From: Octopus sinensis
Lineage: Eukaryota
Assembly: GCF_006345805.1 (NCBI RefSeq)
Contig: NC_042997.1
Span: 106,206,001-106,270,000 of the forward strand
Reading direction: 5' to 3'
DNA length: 64,000 bases
The translations under genes were made by a program, and so were the position numbers. How positions within the stretch are numbered: position 1 is the first letter of the stretch; the number at the start of each line of letters is the position of its first letter. The notes beneath the pieces were generated by a model. It was not told the origin of the DNA. It did no database searches and saw only the letters and a program-made list of their open reading frames with translations. Positions 37,811 to 51,945 of the stretch are shown piece by piece.

Positions 37811-39069
37811 TATGTGTATACATACATAGACATGTACATATATACACGCATTCATTCATTCAGTATTTCACTTAGGCATAGCAATACTAATAACCTAGTG
37901 TTAGAATTCAGTGTACATATACTTTAGACAAAGCATTAGCTGAGTACAGAGTAGTAATAAGAAATTAAAATGACAAGGGAATAAGAAATTCTGTTATGAA
38001 TTTCATTAGCTTAGAGCTGTTTTCTGCTATAAGATGCAATGCACTCATAGTTGAATGCTTGTGTATCTCCCTATAAGCTTCATCAGAGCTTCAAACATGA
38101 AGTGCAATTTTATTTGGAAAAGCATTTACTTACATATATTTTTATATACATATTACCAACAGAAGAAGCATAAACATCATCATCATCATCATCGTTTAGC
38201 GTCCGTTTTCCATGCTAGCATGGGTTGGACAGTTCAACTGGGGTCTGTGAAGCCAGAAGGCTTCATCAGGCCCAGTCAGATCTGGCAGTGTTTCTACAGC
38301 TGGATGCCCTTCCTATGTAGGAAATGAAGTCAAGAGTTTGAGGTGAGGAAATCCTCTCCCAGAAGTGGATTATGATACAATTTTATTTGAATATATGTAC
38401 AAGAACAGGTATATGAAAAACCCCTACAGAAATAATTAAAAGTGAAAATCTGTAAAAAATATATCTTGGGAATGTAGACAGATTGAATGTGACAAAATTC
38501 AAGACAATGAGAGACAGAGAAAAAAGAGAAACAGCATTTACAAGAGTCAGTAAAAGATTTTTCTACATAAGAATCCTTGCCAGATTTCCAATTACCAGAC
38601 CGAGAGGGATGGACTGGTGGTGGGGGAGAAAATGAAGCAACAGTGGCAAACATATATCTTCATACATATAACATATAGACACACACAGATGCATATACAC
38701 ACAAGTATACTTCTATACATGCAGCAAAACGTGTGTATGTTTGTGCATGAAGGTACATGGCTTAATGGTTAGGGTATTTGGCTCATGATCATTTCCTGGT
38801 GATGTGTGGTGTCCTTGAGCAAGATACTTTATTTTGCATTGCTCTAGTCCACTCAGCTGGCAGAAATGAGTTGTACCTGTAATTCAAAGGGCCAGCCTTA
38901 TCACACTCAATTTCATGCTGACTCTCCTTGAGAAATATGTTAAGGGTACACATGTCTGTGGAGTACTTAGTCACATGCACGTTAATTACATGAGCAGGCT
39001 GTTTCATTGATCAGATCACTGGAATCTTTGTAACTAACAGAGTTCCAGTTTGTATATACATACACACAC

Positions 39070-39100
<31 letters not shown>

Positions 39101-39421
39101 TTTCTTTACTGCCCACAAGGGGCTAAACATAGAGGGGACAAACAAGGATAGACAAAGGGATTAAGTCAATTACATCGACCCCAGTGCGAAACTGGTACTA
39201 TATTTATCGACCCCGAAAGGATGAAAGGCAAAGCCAACCTCGGTGGAATTTGAACTCAGAACGTATGACAGTCGAAATATTGCTAAGCATTTCGCCCGGC
39301 ATACTAACGTTTGTGCCAGCTCGCCACCTTAATGTATATATTTAAAACCAAACAGTTTGTTTATTAAAATGTTGTCGCATTCAAAAAATGTTAGCTTGAA
39401 AATTTAAGGTAATTGTTGTCT

Positions 39422-39503
39422 GGGGGCTATTTAGCTTAATGTTAAAGCACTCAGCTGGTACCTGAGGGGTACAGATTCAATTCCTGTAGCTGGCAACTTT
39501 TTT
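39422..39503 (+). pseudogene. tRNA-like pseudogene or SINE head (Thr-like, GGT anticodon)
   Basis: D arm GCTT/AAGC; anticodon arm CTCAG-CTGGTAC-CTGAG; T arm ACAGA-TTCAATT-CCTGT; poor acceptor stem; T6 run at 39498-39503. Confidence 0.4.
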
Positions 39504-39914
39504 CTGTTTTATAAGGGTAGATATGCAATCTTTCTGCTTTCTCACAGGTAAGCCGTGTTTGAAATTTACTTTCTTGTTTGTAATATATATATGTATATAT
39601 ATCTGTTAATAATATTTATAAGGGATCACTGTGTATTGACTAAAGAAAATAGTATAGTCAATACATGGTGATTGCTTATAAGGTTTAAAGCTTATATTAT
39701 TATTATTTACAGAATTGTTACTCATCCCCATTCATTTATTGCAGAAAACATACTCATATATATCTATATATATATACATGTGTATATACATGCATACACA
39801 CAAACACATATACTATAGGTGCAGATATCTACACATAAGCCTATATGTAGTTACATACGGGGACACACCCATTAACACACATGCACACACACACATAAAT
39901 AAATATATTGAAAA

Positions 39915-40318
39915 GGCGTAGGAGTGGCTGTGTGGTAAGTAGCTTGCTTACGGACCACATGGTTCCAGGTTCAGTCCCACTGCATGACACCTTGAGCAAG
40001 TGTCTTCTACTCTAGCCTCAGGCCAACCAAAGCCTTGTGAGTGAATTTGGTAGATGGAAACTGAAAGAAGCCCATCGTATATATGTATATATAAGTGTGT
40101 GTATGTGTTTGTGTATCTGTGTTTGTCCTCCAACACCACTTGACAACCGATGATGGTGTGTTTACATCCCTGTAACTTAGAGGTTCGGCAAAAAGAGACC
40201 GATAGACTAAGTACGAGGCTTACAAAGAATAAGTCCTGGGGTCGATTTGCTCGACTAAAGGCGGTGCTCCAGCATGGCCACAGTCAAATGACTGAAACAA
40301 GTAAAAAGAGTAAAGAGT
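39915..40318 (+). mobile_element. SINE family A, full length
   Basis: GGCGTAGGAGTGGCTGTGTGGTAAG...CAGTCAAATGACTGAAACAAGTAAAAAGAGT. Confidence 0.9.
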
Positions 40319-40485
40319 GCATGTATATTGACAGATGTACATGGATAGATATATGTACATATACACATACCTACAGATATATATATGTGGGTATATACAA
40401 ATACATACATGCACAAATATATACACATGCATACATGTACTCGTACAAATATAGACATATATATACTTATACAGGTATTATATTC

Positions 40486-40533
<48 letters not shown>

Positions 40534-43309
40534 ATATATATAATGTTTATAATCGAGTTAGTTGATGAGTAAAATAAACTAGTACTGAAATATAACCGCT
40601 TAGAGCTACAGGAAATATTCCAGTTGTAATGGATTGATAAAGAACTCTATGGAAAGGTCAAATAACATTATTATCTCTATCAGATTATTAATACGTAAAA
40701 TATGAGGTGCTTAGAAGTATTTAGCATATTTAAATAGGACTTTAACCAAATCAAAATAGTTATAGGCAAGCATTAAGTTGGCTCTGCCGGTTAGATGTGC
40801 ACGTCTGATGTGAATTTACTGGCAATGTGGTACTTATTTACATCTTCATTAGTTGCTGACTGCAAAACTGAGTATAGTTTTAAATATATTCATATTAGAG
40901 GTGGAGCCAGAGAGTTATAAGAACTGTAAAAACTTCTTTTATTCAATCATAAGCAATATACAGTGTAAATATCTTTACATAAAGAACTTAAATCATGAAA
41001 ATCAACATTAAAATGATGTCGAGTAGAGATAACTTAATGCCTGCCTCTAAGCAGTCTGATTCTGTTAACTAAAATTCCATTTTTTTAATGTGCTAAAGAG
41101 ATTTGGGTATCAGATATTTTTTTATATACTTGTGGGTGTGAGTGTATTGTTTTGGCTTGATCTTTCTGTAAGCATAACTACATTTTCATATATTTTTTTT
41201 TAGCGCATGTATGTTTGTTGGTGTGTAGCTCTGTGTTTTTTTATGGATCTGTCACTCAGTGTATATGTGTTCAGAGTGAGAAATGGAGGATGGCTAACTT
41301 CCCTTATCAGTTAGAAGTGTGGGGGTAGGTAACTTACATAGAGACACACATACATAGACTCCTGTATAGATAGAAACATGCACATATTCATAGATGTGTG
41401 TGTATAGGTACATACACGTGTGCATATACATACGTAGGTAGGTATATAGACTCAAACACATAGAGAAACAGGCAGATATACTTATGTATTATAAACAAAT
41501 ATGTGTTTCAATTATGAATCCACTTTTATGGCCTAAGTTGCTGACATTACTTTCATAAATAAACTCAACTTATCAAACCCTTGGTGGCATTGGGAAAGTT
41601 TCCCACTTGAATGATGGATGCTTTTATATTTGTTTCTTTCCTTCAAATTAAGATTCCTTTGCAGAGATTTGTATTTTGACTTGATTGACCATGTCAACAT
41701 GTCTAAACATTTTTAAGCTTAAACCCTGCCTGTCCAAAGTATTTTCATAAGTCTTTCTTAAACATCCATGCTTGTTTTCAGATTTTTAGTTTGCCCCTGT
41801 TTCACAAGTTCTGGGTAATATAAAGCTTTCCTTTCATAAGTCCTAAGTTACTCTGCTGGTTTAAAAAAAAGATTGGGAATGTGTGTCATATATGATACAT
41901 GGAAGATAGGGAAATATGTCCTGTATACCACATGTGATATACAAAATAGGCAAAGGGTTAAAAAAACAAGGATTTTTCTAACAGTTAATGCACAATAAAT
42001 ATAACTCAACTGGCTGTTCTTTGATATTTGAACTATGATTGAACTCATTTTACATTGTTCCAAAAGTTATATTAACACAAACCTATTGAATCTCAGACTT
42101 TTACAACAGCCTCAACATCAGATTTTAGCTATTATCTTTTTTTTTTTTTCCATAGCCAATATTTATTTCTCTTCAGTTATTGTTATAATCTTTTTCATCT
42201 TCTCTTTCTTCCCCCACCACATCCCACCACCACAACTTTTCCGTTCAAATAATTCAAAACTTTAAAAACAAGTATGAAAAATAACTTTATGAAGAAGAAT
42301 TATTTATAAGTTAACTTTGATGATGCCAAAATTTAGAAACAAACTTTTATTTTTGCATTCTGTAATAAATTCTGTGCATAAGATATGAGTAAGTCTGTTT
42401 CATTATTCTTTCCATTTTTTAAAATTGATTCCTTTTTTTTACCCTTAGCATAGTCAATTTATCTTAAGTGTATATAATTTAATTTTAAGTTCTGAATATG
42501 TGCATGCCAATTCATAGCATATCAGATTATTATATTGCTTCTAGTGAAACTCTTTATGTATTATCACATAAAACTTGTGCATTCATCCCTGGAGGTTGTC
42601 AGGTTTTCTTTTCTTTTTTTTTGCTTTTGATTAAAAAAAATTTTTTTTTAGCAATAATAGAATTCTAGTTTACAAAGAATTTTTTCTTAGCTGATTATAG
42701 TTCTCTAATCACAATTCCTTTCAATTTGTTTATTCTAGTTTTTATTTACATATTTATTTTTCATATTAAACTATATACTGAACACTTAGCTGTATCGATT
42801 CTGCTCCAGATTGTTTTATAATAGTGCAAAAATGTTCATAGAACTTCGGGTTGTTTACTTGTTGTAACAATCACTAGAAATCTGAGAATAGAATGCATTT
42901 GTAATTAAATATCCAAAAGAAAAAAAAAACAGCTTCTAGACTTCAGCATTTCTATTAGGTAGTGTACTAGTTTACAATTAGCATTTACATAATAATTTGG
43001 AAAAATTTCATCAGATATGTATAGTGATCAGAGATCTATTGTTGTGACCATCACAGAATGACATGGTTTATTATAATCTAAGATTGATTGATAAATACAT
43101 TATTACATTCTAAACAATGCAAACATATAATTATAAGGAGTACATGTGAAATCGCTGGCTACTGTCATTACTTGAGTAGTTTCATGTAAAGATGTTGCAG
43201 AATGTTACCATTCATATAAATGGCATACTTATACATACAATGGAACTTCATACAGATTCCATCTATTAATTCTATTCTAGCTTGAAGCTTGAATTAAAAC
43301 TACATATAT

Positions 43310-43830
43310 ATCATCATCATCATCATCGTTTAACGTCCGATTTTCATGCTAGCATGGGTTGGACGATTTGACTGAGGTCTGGCGAACCAGCTGGCTGCAC
43401 CAGACTCCAATCTGATATAGCAGAGTTCCTACAGCTGGATGCCCTTCCTAACGCCAACCACTCCAAGAGTGTAGTGGATGCTTTTACGTGCCACCGTCAT
43501 GAGAGCCAGTTAGGTGGTACTGGCAACGACCATGCTCAAATGGTGCTTTTTATGTGCCACCTGCACAGGAGCCAGTCCAGTGGCACTGGCAACGACCTCA
43601 CTCGAATGTTTTTTTTTCACATGCCACCAGTACAAGTGCTAGTAAGGTGACACAGGTAACGATCACGCTCGAATGGTGTTTTTAACGTGCTATCGGCACA
43701 GAGGCCAGCTTGTGCTCTGGCAATGTTCTCACTCGTATGGTACTCTTAGTGCTCCACTAGCAACGGATGCCAGTCACCGAGTTTGATTTCAATTTCACTT
43801 GCCTCAACAGGTCTTCGCAAGCAGAGTTTG
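43310..43830 (-). mobile_element. Repeat family B, long copy
   Basis: (CAT)n-CGTTTAACGTCCG terminus and multiple internal ~60-70 bp units. Confidence 0.8.
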
Positions 43831-43974
43831 ATTTCAATTTCAATTTTATATATATATTATTTAATAGATACAATACATGTTTATGTGCTACTAATGGTTT
43901 CACATGTTGAAAAATACCTCAAACATATTCATAAGGTATAAACCACTTATCGTAATGAACTAAAAATCAAATTA

Positions 43975-44362
43975 CTCCTTTATTTGTTTCAGTCATTTGA
44001 CTGTGGCCATGCTGGAGCACCGCCTTTAGTCGAGCAAATCGACCCCAGGATTGTTCTTTGGAAGCCTAGTACTTATTCTATCAGTCTCTTTTACCGAACC
44101 ACTAAGTTACGGGGACGTAAACACACCACCATCGGTTGTCAAGCGATGGTGGGGGACAAACACAGACACAAAAACATGCACACACACACACATATATATA
44201 CGATGGGCTTCTTTCAGTTTCCATCTACCAAATCCACTCACAAGGCTTTGGTCGGCCTGAGGCTACAGTAGATGACACTTGCCCAAGGTGCCATGCAGTG
44301 GGAATGAACCCGGAACCTTGTGGTAGGTAAGCTAGCTACTTACCACACAGCCACTCCTACGC
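43975..44362 (-). mobile_element. SINE family A, full length
   Basis: Reverse complement of the 39915-40318 copy type. Confidence 0.9.
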
Positions 44363-45987
44363 AGAGAAGAAATGTGAACAGTTGAGAAGGAAGCATATAG
44401 AAAACATAGTTCTAGGTTCACCTTGCGTGACACCTTGGGTGAGTGTCGTCTACTATAGTCTCAGGTGAAGGTACATTGCATAGTAGTTAAGGTATTTGGC
44501 TCATAATACTAATGTCATGAGTTCACTACCTGGCATCGCATTGCGTCCTTGAGCAAGACACTTTATTTTATATATAGATAGATAGATATAGATATTGAAT
44601 GTTTTCAGTAGAGTATTTGTTGGATAATATATTACATTATATGAAATATATTATTTAACAAATATTCTCCTGAAAACGTTCTTCAAAAAAAAGCTACACA
44701 CACACGCACACACATCCAAAAAAACAACTTTGTCTACTTCTCACTTTGTACAATGTTAATAACAATACTGTTTATCATTACAACCCATTAGAAATATAGG
44801 CTGTGGTTTCAGTTTACAAAACAGTTTAGTAGAATTAACACAATGACCTCCTTTGTTGAGTAAACGTATGACCACTCATTATTTGATGTGCATATAATAG
44901 ACCAAAATATCCTCTCTGTATTTTCCAATCCTTATCAATTTCTTTAGTAATGAGTATCTCACCATGATTTATACAGATAGCAAAACATACTGCTGGAAAA
45001 AATTAGTAGTACCTGTATTTCAAAGGATCAGCTTTGTCACATCCTGTATCACACTGAATTTCACTGAGAACTGCATTAAAGGTACTCATGTCTGTGGAAT
45101 TGCATGTTAATTTCACGAGCTAGTTGTTCCATTTATCAGATCAACTGGGACCTTCATCACTGTAACCAGCAGGGTGCCAGATCTTTTACTTGTTTCTGTC
45201 ATTAGAGTGTGACCATGCTGGGGCATCACCTTGAAGAATTTTAGTCAAATGAATCAACCCCAGAACTTGGATTTTTAAGTCTGGTATTTATTCTGTCAGT
45301 ATCTTTTGCTGAACCACTAAGTTACAGGAATTTAAATACACCAGGCTCAGTTGTTAAGCGGTCAGAGGAGGCAAACAAAAACACACACACATAATTATAT
45401 ACAACAAGCTTCCTTCAGTTTCCATGTACCAAATTCATTCACAAAGCTTTATATTCCTATTCTTTGTCTTCATTGTTGTTCAGCTTCTAAGTTTTTGTAT
45501 CATCATCTTAATATTGATAACTGAACCAAACACAACAACAGTTGACCGTTGGTTTTGTTAAGTTATAAGTTTTGCTTAGAGCCTGTAAAAACCCAGAATT
45601 AGATTAGCAAAAACGCAAGGACAGGTTGGGTGAACAAATAGAAGCTGTTATTTCTGAAGCTTTTGTGAAAATAACAGAAAAATAAATAGTATAGATGAGA
45701 TCATACTTTCCTGTCATCATCGTAAGCATCATCGTCAGGTCAGTGGATTATTATTAAAGCAGTGGATGGGCAGAATAGTTAGAGCATTGGAAAAACGCCA
45801 AGTGGTATTTGTTATAGGTATGAGTTTAAATCCTGCTGAGTTCAACTTTGCTTTTCATATTTCTTGGGTTGATAAAAATAAAGTACTAATCAAGTATTGG
45901 GATGGATGCTACTAACTAACCTTTTCATGCCCTTCCCTTAAAATCTTTGGCTTTTGTCTTAATCAGAAACCATTATTGTTATTGTTG

Positions 45988-46018
<31 letters not shown>

Positions 46019-46704
46019 ATTATTATTATTATCTCAGGTTTTGTTGTAACTCCTATAGCCTTGCATGCGTAACAGGCTTGCTGCCTGCAACCTACAGTAC
46101 CATGCTATCAATTATTTTCAATTATCTAATACTTTGCTGATTATTATTAGTAGTAGTAGTAGTTTTTATAACTGCTATGATCAATTTAAGTCGTCTTCAT
46201 TTTTCTATTTGTAAGTTTTAATATTTTCATAATATCAATACTGACCAAGCCAAAAGTGACCACAATTGATTGAAGGTTACTTGCCCTCAACAGCCCTCAA
46301 TAGCCAACACCCTTGCTTGGTGGCTTATAGTGACTACCTTCTCACTCATTTTCACTGTCAACTGCATGATGGAAAGTAATTTCTCCTCAGAAGTAGCTTG
46401 GTTTGCATTATTATGGAGAGATAAAGTTCTACTGTCATAGAGACTTCCTCTGAGATAAATAGCTTTGTTGCTAAATCACCTCAGACTATAAGGGCTGCCT
46501 GGTAAATTTGGGAAAGATATGGGAAAATACAGCTTCACTGCCATAGAGAAGGTAACCTGTTCAGAAAATTGGGCTATCTGAACAAACTTGATTTAATGAA
46601 AAGGGCTCTGCGATAACCACATGTAGGAGATCTGAAACCTGCAATCCACAGCAGCTGCAACCCATTTAGGATAGGAGTTACTCTGATTAAAAACCAGCAT
46701 GGGC

Positions 46705-47093
46705 ACAGGCATGGTTGTGTGGTACGAGGTTTGCTTCCCAACCACATGGTTCCAGGTTCAGTCTCATTGTGGCACCCCAGGCAGGTGACTTCTACTATAA
46801 CTTCAGGTCAGCCAAAGCTTTGTGAGTGGATTTGATAGACGGAAACTGAAAAAAGCCCATCGTATATATAAATGTGTGTGTGTCTTTGTGTTTGTCCCCC
46901 ACCACTGTTTGACAACCAGTGTTGATGTGTTTACATCCATGTAACTTAGTGGTTTGGCAAAAGAGTCCTAGAGAATAAGTACTAGGCTTTAAAAGAAAAA
47001 AAGTTCTGGGGTTGATTCATTCTTCTAAATTTCATCAGGGCTGTGCTCCAGCTTGGTCACAGTCAGTTGACTGAAACAAGTAAAAGGTAAAAG
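46705..47093 (+). mobile_element. SINE family A
   Basis: GGCACAGGCATGGTTGTGTGG...GGTTCAGTCTCATTGTGGCACC...GACTGAAACAAGTAAAAGG. Confidence 0.85.
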
Positions 47094-48228
47094 ATAGTGT
47101 AGAGGGAATACTTTAGTCCTAACAGACAATCTCTCTAGTCCATACTGTAAAGGCAACGTCGGTCAGCAAGGAGTCTAAACAAATACTGTGTGGTACTTAG
47201 TTTGATATTTCAGCCAATACTCGTTCTTGGACTGGTACTTTATTTTACTGACCACAGGAGGATGGCAGACAAAATTGATCTTGTTGGAATTTGAACTTGT
47301 GGCATAAAGATCCAGAACAAATACTGTAAAACATTCTGCATGTGAGTGTGCACTCATGTACACACATGTATGTCTAGGTTTGGAAGATTCAGTCAGGGTT
47401 AGATATAGATGTCAAGTGTGGAAATGGAGAAAAACAAATTAAGGGAACATAGTTTCTCAGATACATCTCACCACCACTTCTCTGTTGCTTTCAATAATCT
47501 GAAGATGAATTAACAAGTCAGCTGACCTGTTAATACAACAGTTAAATCTTCTTCTCTCAGATTTTCAATATAGTCTTAATCCCAATTAATTAGAACTAAA
47601 CGTAATAATCAGAAAGCTAATAAAAAAAAAATGCTTGAATTAACAAATAGGATAATGATCCAGACAGCCTTCTCTAGAATACCCAGTTAATGCATTTTTA
47701 TGTATTATTTGACGCATTGCTTATTCAGTGCATGGTGTGTATTATCATTCAATGCTTGATTGATGACTAGTTATTATATCATTATTCAATGCATGATTCA
47801 GGAATATTTATGTACCAGTCAGTGTAATGATTGATGAATAGTTTATTATTAAATACAATGTTGATTGTTTATTATTTAATGCATGATTGATTAACAGTTG
47901 TGTATTATACAATGTAAGGTTAATGAATTATATATTATTCAAATCTTAATTCAAATCCTACTGTAGTTTTCCTAGAATTACTATCATAAAAGATAGTATT
48001 GCCCTCCCCAAAAAAACCAGTGATTCTGCCAATGTTTATAACCCCCCCCCTCCACATCACACCTCACAAAAAGATTAATTAATAAGTAGCAGATTGTAAA
48101 ATAAATATCAAATATAAGACAACTAAGAATAAACTGCTACCTTCAAGCATTTAATAACATCCATTCAGTGGATAAAAACAATGGAACCATTTGAAGCATT
48201 ACACAATATTAGCATTTCCTACTATCAC

Positions 48229-49065
48229 ACAAGGTGCATTCCAGTAGTTTCCAGACTTCTTCAGGAAAGACATCAATTAATTTCAAAAAGTACAAAATCC
48301 TAATCTCCTTCTAAGTAGGATCCTCTGACTTCAATGCATTTGTTGTAGCACTCTAGCCCCATTGAAGACCTCCAAAATGAAGGTTTCCCAGACCACTGTC
48401 ACAGTCTCCTTTGTTTTAAAGGCAATTGCCCCTGAGGTTCTCCTTCAGTTTGGGGAACAGCCAAAAGTCACAGAGAGCAAGGTCTGGATTGCAGGAAATG
48501 TGAGAGGCAGCTTTTATGCCCATCACTGAACACCCAGGGCACAAACTTTGCACATGTTCAGATCTTCATCAGTAATTCCATGTACAGTTGCCACACCAAC
48601 TCCAAACTACATGTTTATTGTCTGTCTTTATAAATACACAATGGTCTTCATTGAGAAAATTGCCAATTTTTTTTCAGCCAGCTCTGATGTTCTGACATCC
48701 CTCTCCTTTCCACACCTCTTATCTCTCACCTCCTCTCTACTGTCCTTGACCCTCTTGTGCTAGCAAAGAAGTTAATCCATAAGAAGTTTGAAGCATTTCG
48801 TAAGTTTCTGTAGTGTTTTTGCCCAGTCTAAAACATGGTGAGCTTCCAAACATAGCTGCATTCTGCAATCTAGTCAGCTGTGACAAGCAGTGCTTAATAG
48901 TATGTTTAAAGTGCTGTTACAGCCAGCTCTTTCAATCTAGAATAACAAAAGTTGGCAGGTCAGCTTATTAGATGTGTAGTAATGACATAGAAAAATTGCA
49001 ATAATCTAGGACAGTATAACCACCTCGTTGAAGAAAGTCTCAAAACTTCAGGAATTCACCTCATA
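48229..49065 (-). mobile_element. Old mariner deletion derivative
   Basis: Minus-strand NPDLALCDFWLFPKLKENLRG motif; degenerate TIR-like ends ACAAGGTGCATTCCAGTAGTTTCCAGACT / AGTCTCAAAACTTCAGGAATTCACCTCAT. Confidence 0.65.
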
Positions 49066-49157
49066 TTACATAATACATACACTTTCCAACTATATTACAA
49101 CCTGATACTAAACCACATATATACTGCAGTGCACAACAGTTCTATGACACTATAGTA

Positions 49158-49638
49158 CCGTAAATCCTCAAGTATAGTCCACCCTTGAGTATAATATGCA
49201 GGGGATTTTTACGGGGCTGTACCTCTGAAAACCCTAAACCTTATGTATAATACGCACTCCTTCTCTAGCTTGAGTCATGCGTAATTAAGCCAGTAGCACC
49301 TAGTCGCGTAATACAATAATGGTGATGTTCTTAACTGTTATATCGGAATGTAAATATGTTTGCAAATTGTTTTTGTTACATGTTATTCTGTGTTCTGAAT
49401 ACTTTTATTTTAATAAATGTTGCTTACTGCAAGTTATGGATGATTCTTTTATGACTTCATTACTTTCAGGCTTAGCTTAAGGTATTTTCGCACCCAACAT
49501 CACAAAATGCGTCTGAATAAACATTGCCGGACAGCAAATCGAGACTCGAACATTGTTTAAAAAATATTTTTCATTTTTAACCTTGTATATAGTATGCATT
49601 TTGGGAAATAAATGTGGATTATACTCGAGGATTCACGG
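49158..49638. mobile_element. Tc2/pogo-like MITE (481 bp)
   Basis: 25-bp TIRs CCGTAAATCCTCAAGTATAGTCCAC / GTGGATTATACTCGAGGATTCACGG (3 transition mismatches); TA on both sides. Confidence 0.8.
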
Positions 49639-51081
49639 TATTTCAAAATATCACACTACAATTTTTAAAGCACTGTAGAAGATAAGATTGACTCCCAGAT
49701 TTGAGATAATGCAACATGATTTTAATCCCTAGCTTGTCATTTCATTTATTTCACAACCACCTTTGGAAATGATATGAACATCTCAGAATCCTGTTTCATC
49801 CCAACTAAATCATAGACATGTGAGCTGAGTCAAAGCAACTGATATTTCTCCTATATTTGTTCCATAAAAATGCGAACAGCAGCATAAAAAAAAATACAAA
49901 TAAAGAGTCTTAAACGTCTTTCTACTTTAGGCACAAGATCTGAAATTTTTGTAGTGTTTTTGCCTAGTCTAACACATGTTGATTCCCATGATCCTGAAAG
50001 AATGAAAGGTAGAGTGAACCATGGTGGATTTTGAACTCATAATCTGAAGATAAACAAAATGCTACTATATATTTTATCCAGCATACTAATAATTTTTCCA
50101 TCTCATCGCTTTTTAAGAGTCAAATAACGAGAGCTGAATTGACTTACTTTCGACAATGTTTTCTTGATTTAACTATATGCTTTTAACAATTGTATTTAGA
50201 AACTACATGATTTCAAAGTGCCATTCTTAACCATGCAACTACATTTACATCTATATTAAACAATATATATTTCATATGAAATACATTAAATAATCTATAT
50301 TGACTGAGTCATGCAATATAAACCACAGCTGTCTCACTTTTTTTTATTTATTTATTTTTTTATTTTATCTTATCTTCTATTCTTTGCAGAAAATTTCTTT
50401 ATGTTTCTGAAAAACTTCTTTCTACTTGCTTCCCCACTTTATGATCCTGCAAGGAAATGTTCAGTTAATGGTTATGATTAAGAATTTAGGGGTAGGATTA
50501 TGTTTTCAAGTCAGGATTTCAGGTTAGATTTTAGGGATAGATTTATACAGAAAGAGAAAATGTTTGAAAACAAAGGAATTTGTGATTTAAAAAATTTTTT
50601 TATTTGCAGTCATAATCTCCAACGTTTACAACTTAGAAATCTGAAAACAAAGTTTCTAAATAAATTAGAAATTTAAAAGGTTTGGAGGGAGGATGTTAAT
50701 TGCTCATATATCTTTGTATATCAATATACATTTCATATACATTGGTGTATATGTGTGGGTGTGTGTGTATATATATATATATATATTTATTTATATGCTG
50801 CTTGGATTGCCATGGCTAGAATAGCATTGTGTTTCTTTATACAGTTGGTTATTAAAATTTGAGCTATTTTTGATGAAAGAAATAATGAACAATGTATATC
50901 TGTGACAAATAATTTATTGTGTTTTAAGTAATAATCTTATGCAGAACCATAATGATTCTCATTTAGCAAATTGACTGTCAACTGTCTTCTTTAATAACAT
51001 CAACAGAAAAAAAAGTAATGTAATGATGACACAATGAATTATGATTCCTAATTTTTCACTTTTTTTTTTCTTTTTCTTCAG

Positions 51082-51429
51082 AGTGGTAATAAGTACCTTG
51101 TTCTTAAAAAGCAATACCGTTCAAACAAACTTCTTGGAAATAAGATCTCTCATTTTGAACCACAATCCCCTCCAGCAACACATGCATCTGCACCAACATC
51201 ACATGAAGGCGAAAAGACTGACAATGCTGTCCGACAGAGCAAGCGAGCCAAATCAGAGCCACCTAACATGCAGCTGTCAGCTGGTATTCAAATAAACATC
51301 CAAGAACCACAATCAGAAACCGATGAAACCATTTCCAAGAGCCAAAGTGAAAATAATTTACAAAACAGTAAATCTCCAAATCTCGGACAAAGCAGCAACA
51401 CTGCCTCTACATCATCAGTTGCCTCAACA
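51082..51429 (+). CDS. sowah: Sowah coding exon 3
   Basis: Long polypyrimidine tract plus CAG; 348 nt open in phase 0 (SGNKYLVLKKQYR...SSVAST), where KYLVLKK closes the wHTH domain; donor GTAAGT. Confidence 0.85.
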
Positions 51430-51872
51430 GTAAGTGTGGATCATATCAATTGGCTTTTTTTCCTGTTCAAAATTCTTAGGCTTGCATGTTTGATGCTGCA
51501 TGTGCACGTTGTTATTTTATTTTAAAATCTTTGTTATAAAGTCACTTGTTCTTTTTTTCCAGATTTTATAGTGTAATATTTTAATGATGATTAAAAAAAT
51601 TTTTAGTTTTCTCTTCATCCTTTTTAATCAAAAGATGCCACTCTGTGTCTCTTATCATAATCCATAGTTTCAAATGTACAAAATGAAAGAAAATTATTTT
51701 GGGGGTTGGTTATTACTCCAGTGTTTATGAGAATAGTTACCCACTTTTAAAATTGAGTCAATAAAACGCATAGGCTATGTGTGACCAACAATGTTTACAT
51801 TATTAGAACTGCTTTACTTTAAAATATATACATATATATGTGTGTATATATATATATATGTATATAAATGTT

Positions 51873-51941
<69 letters not shown>

Positions 51942-51945
51942 CATA

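Noticed and set aside
38050-38095. Minus-strand CTGATGA-A-GCTT...AAGC hairpin
   Set aside because: The required GAAA after stem II is absent (ATTC instead).
50480-50540. TTAGGG-like degenerate motifs
   Set aside because: Too few and too imperfect to call an interstitial telomeric array.
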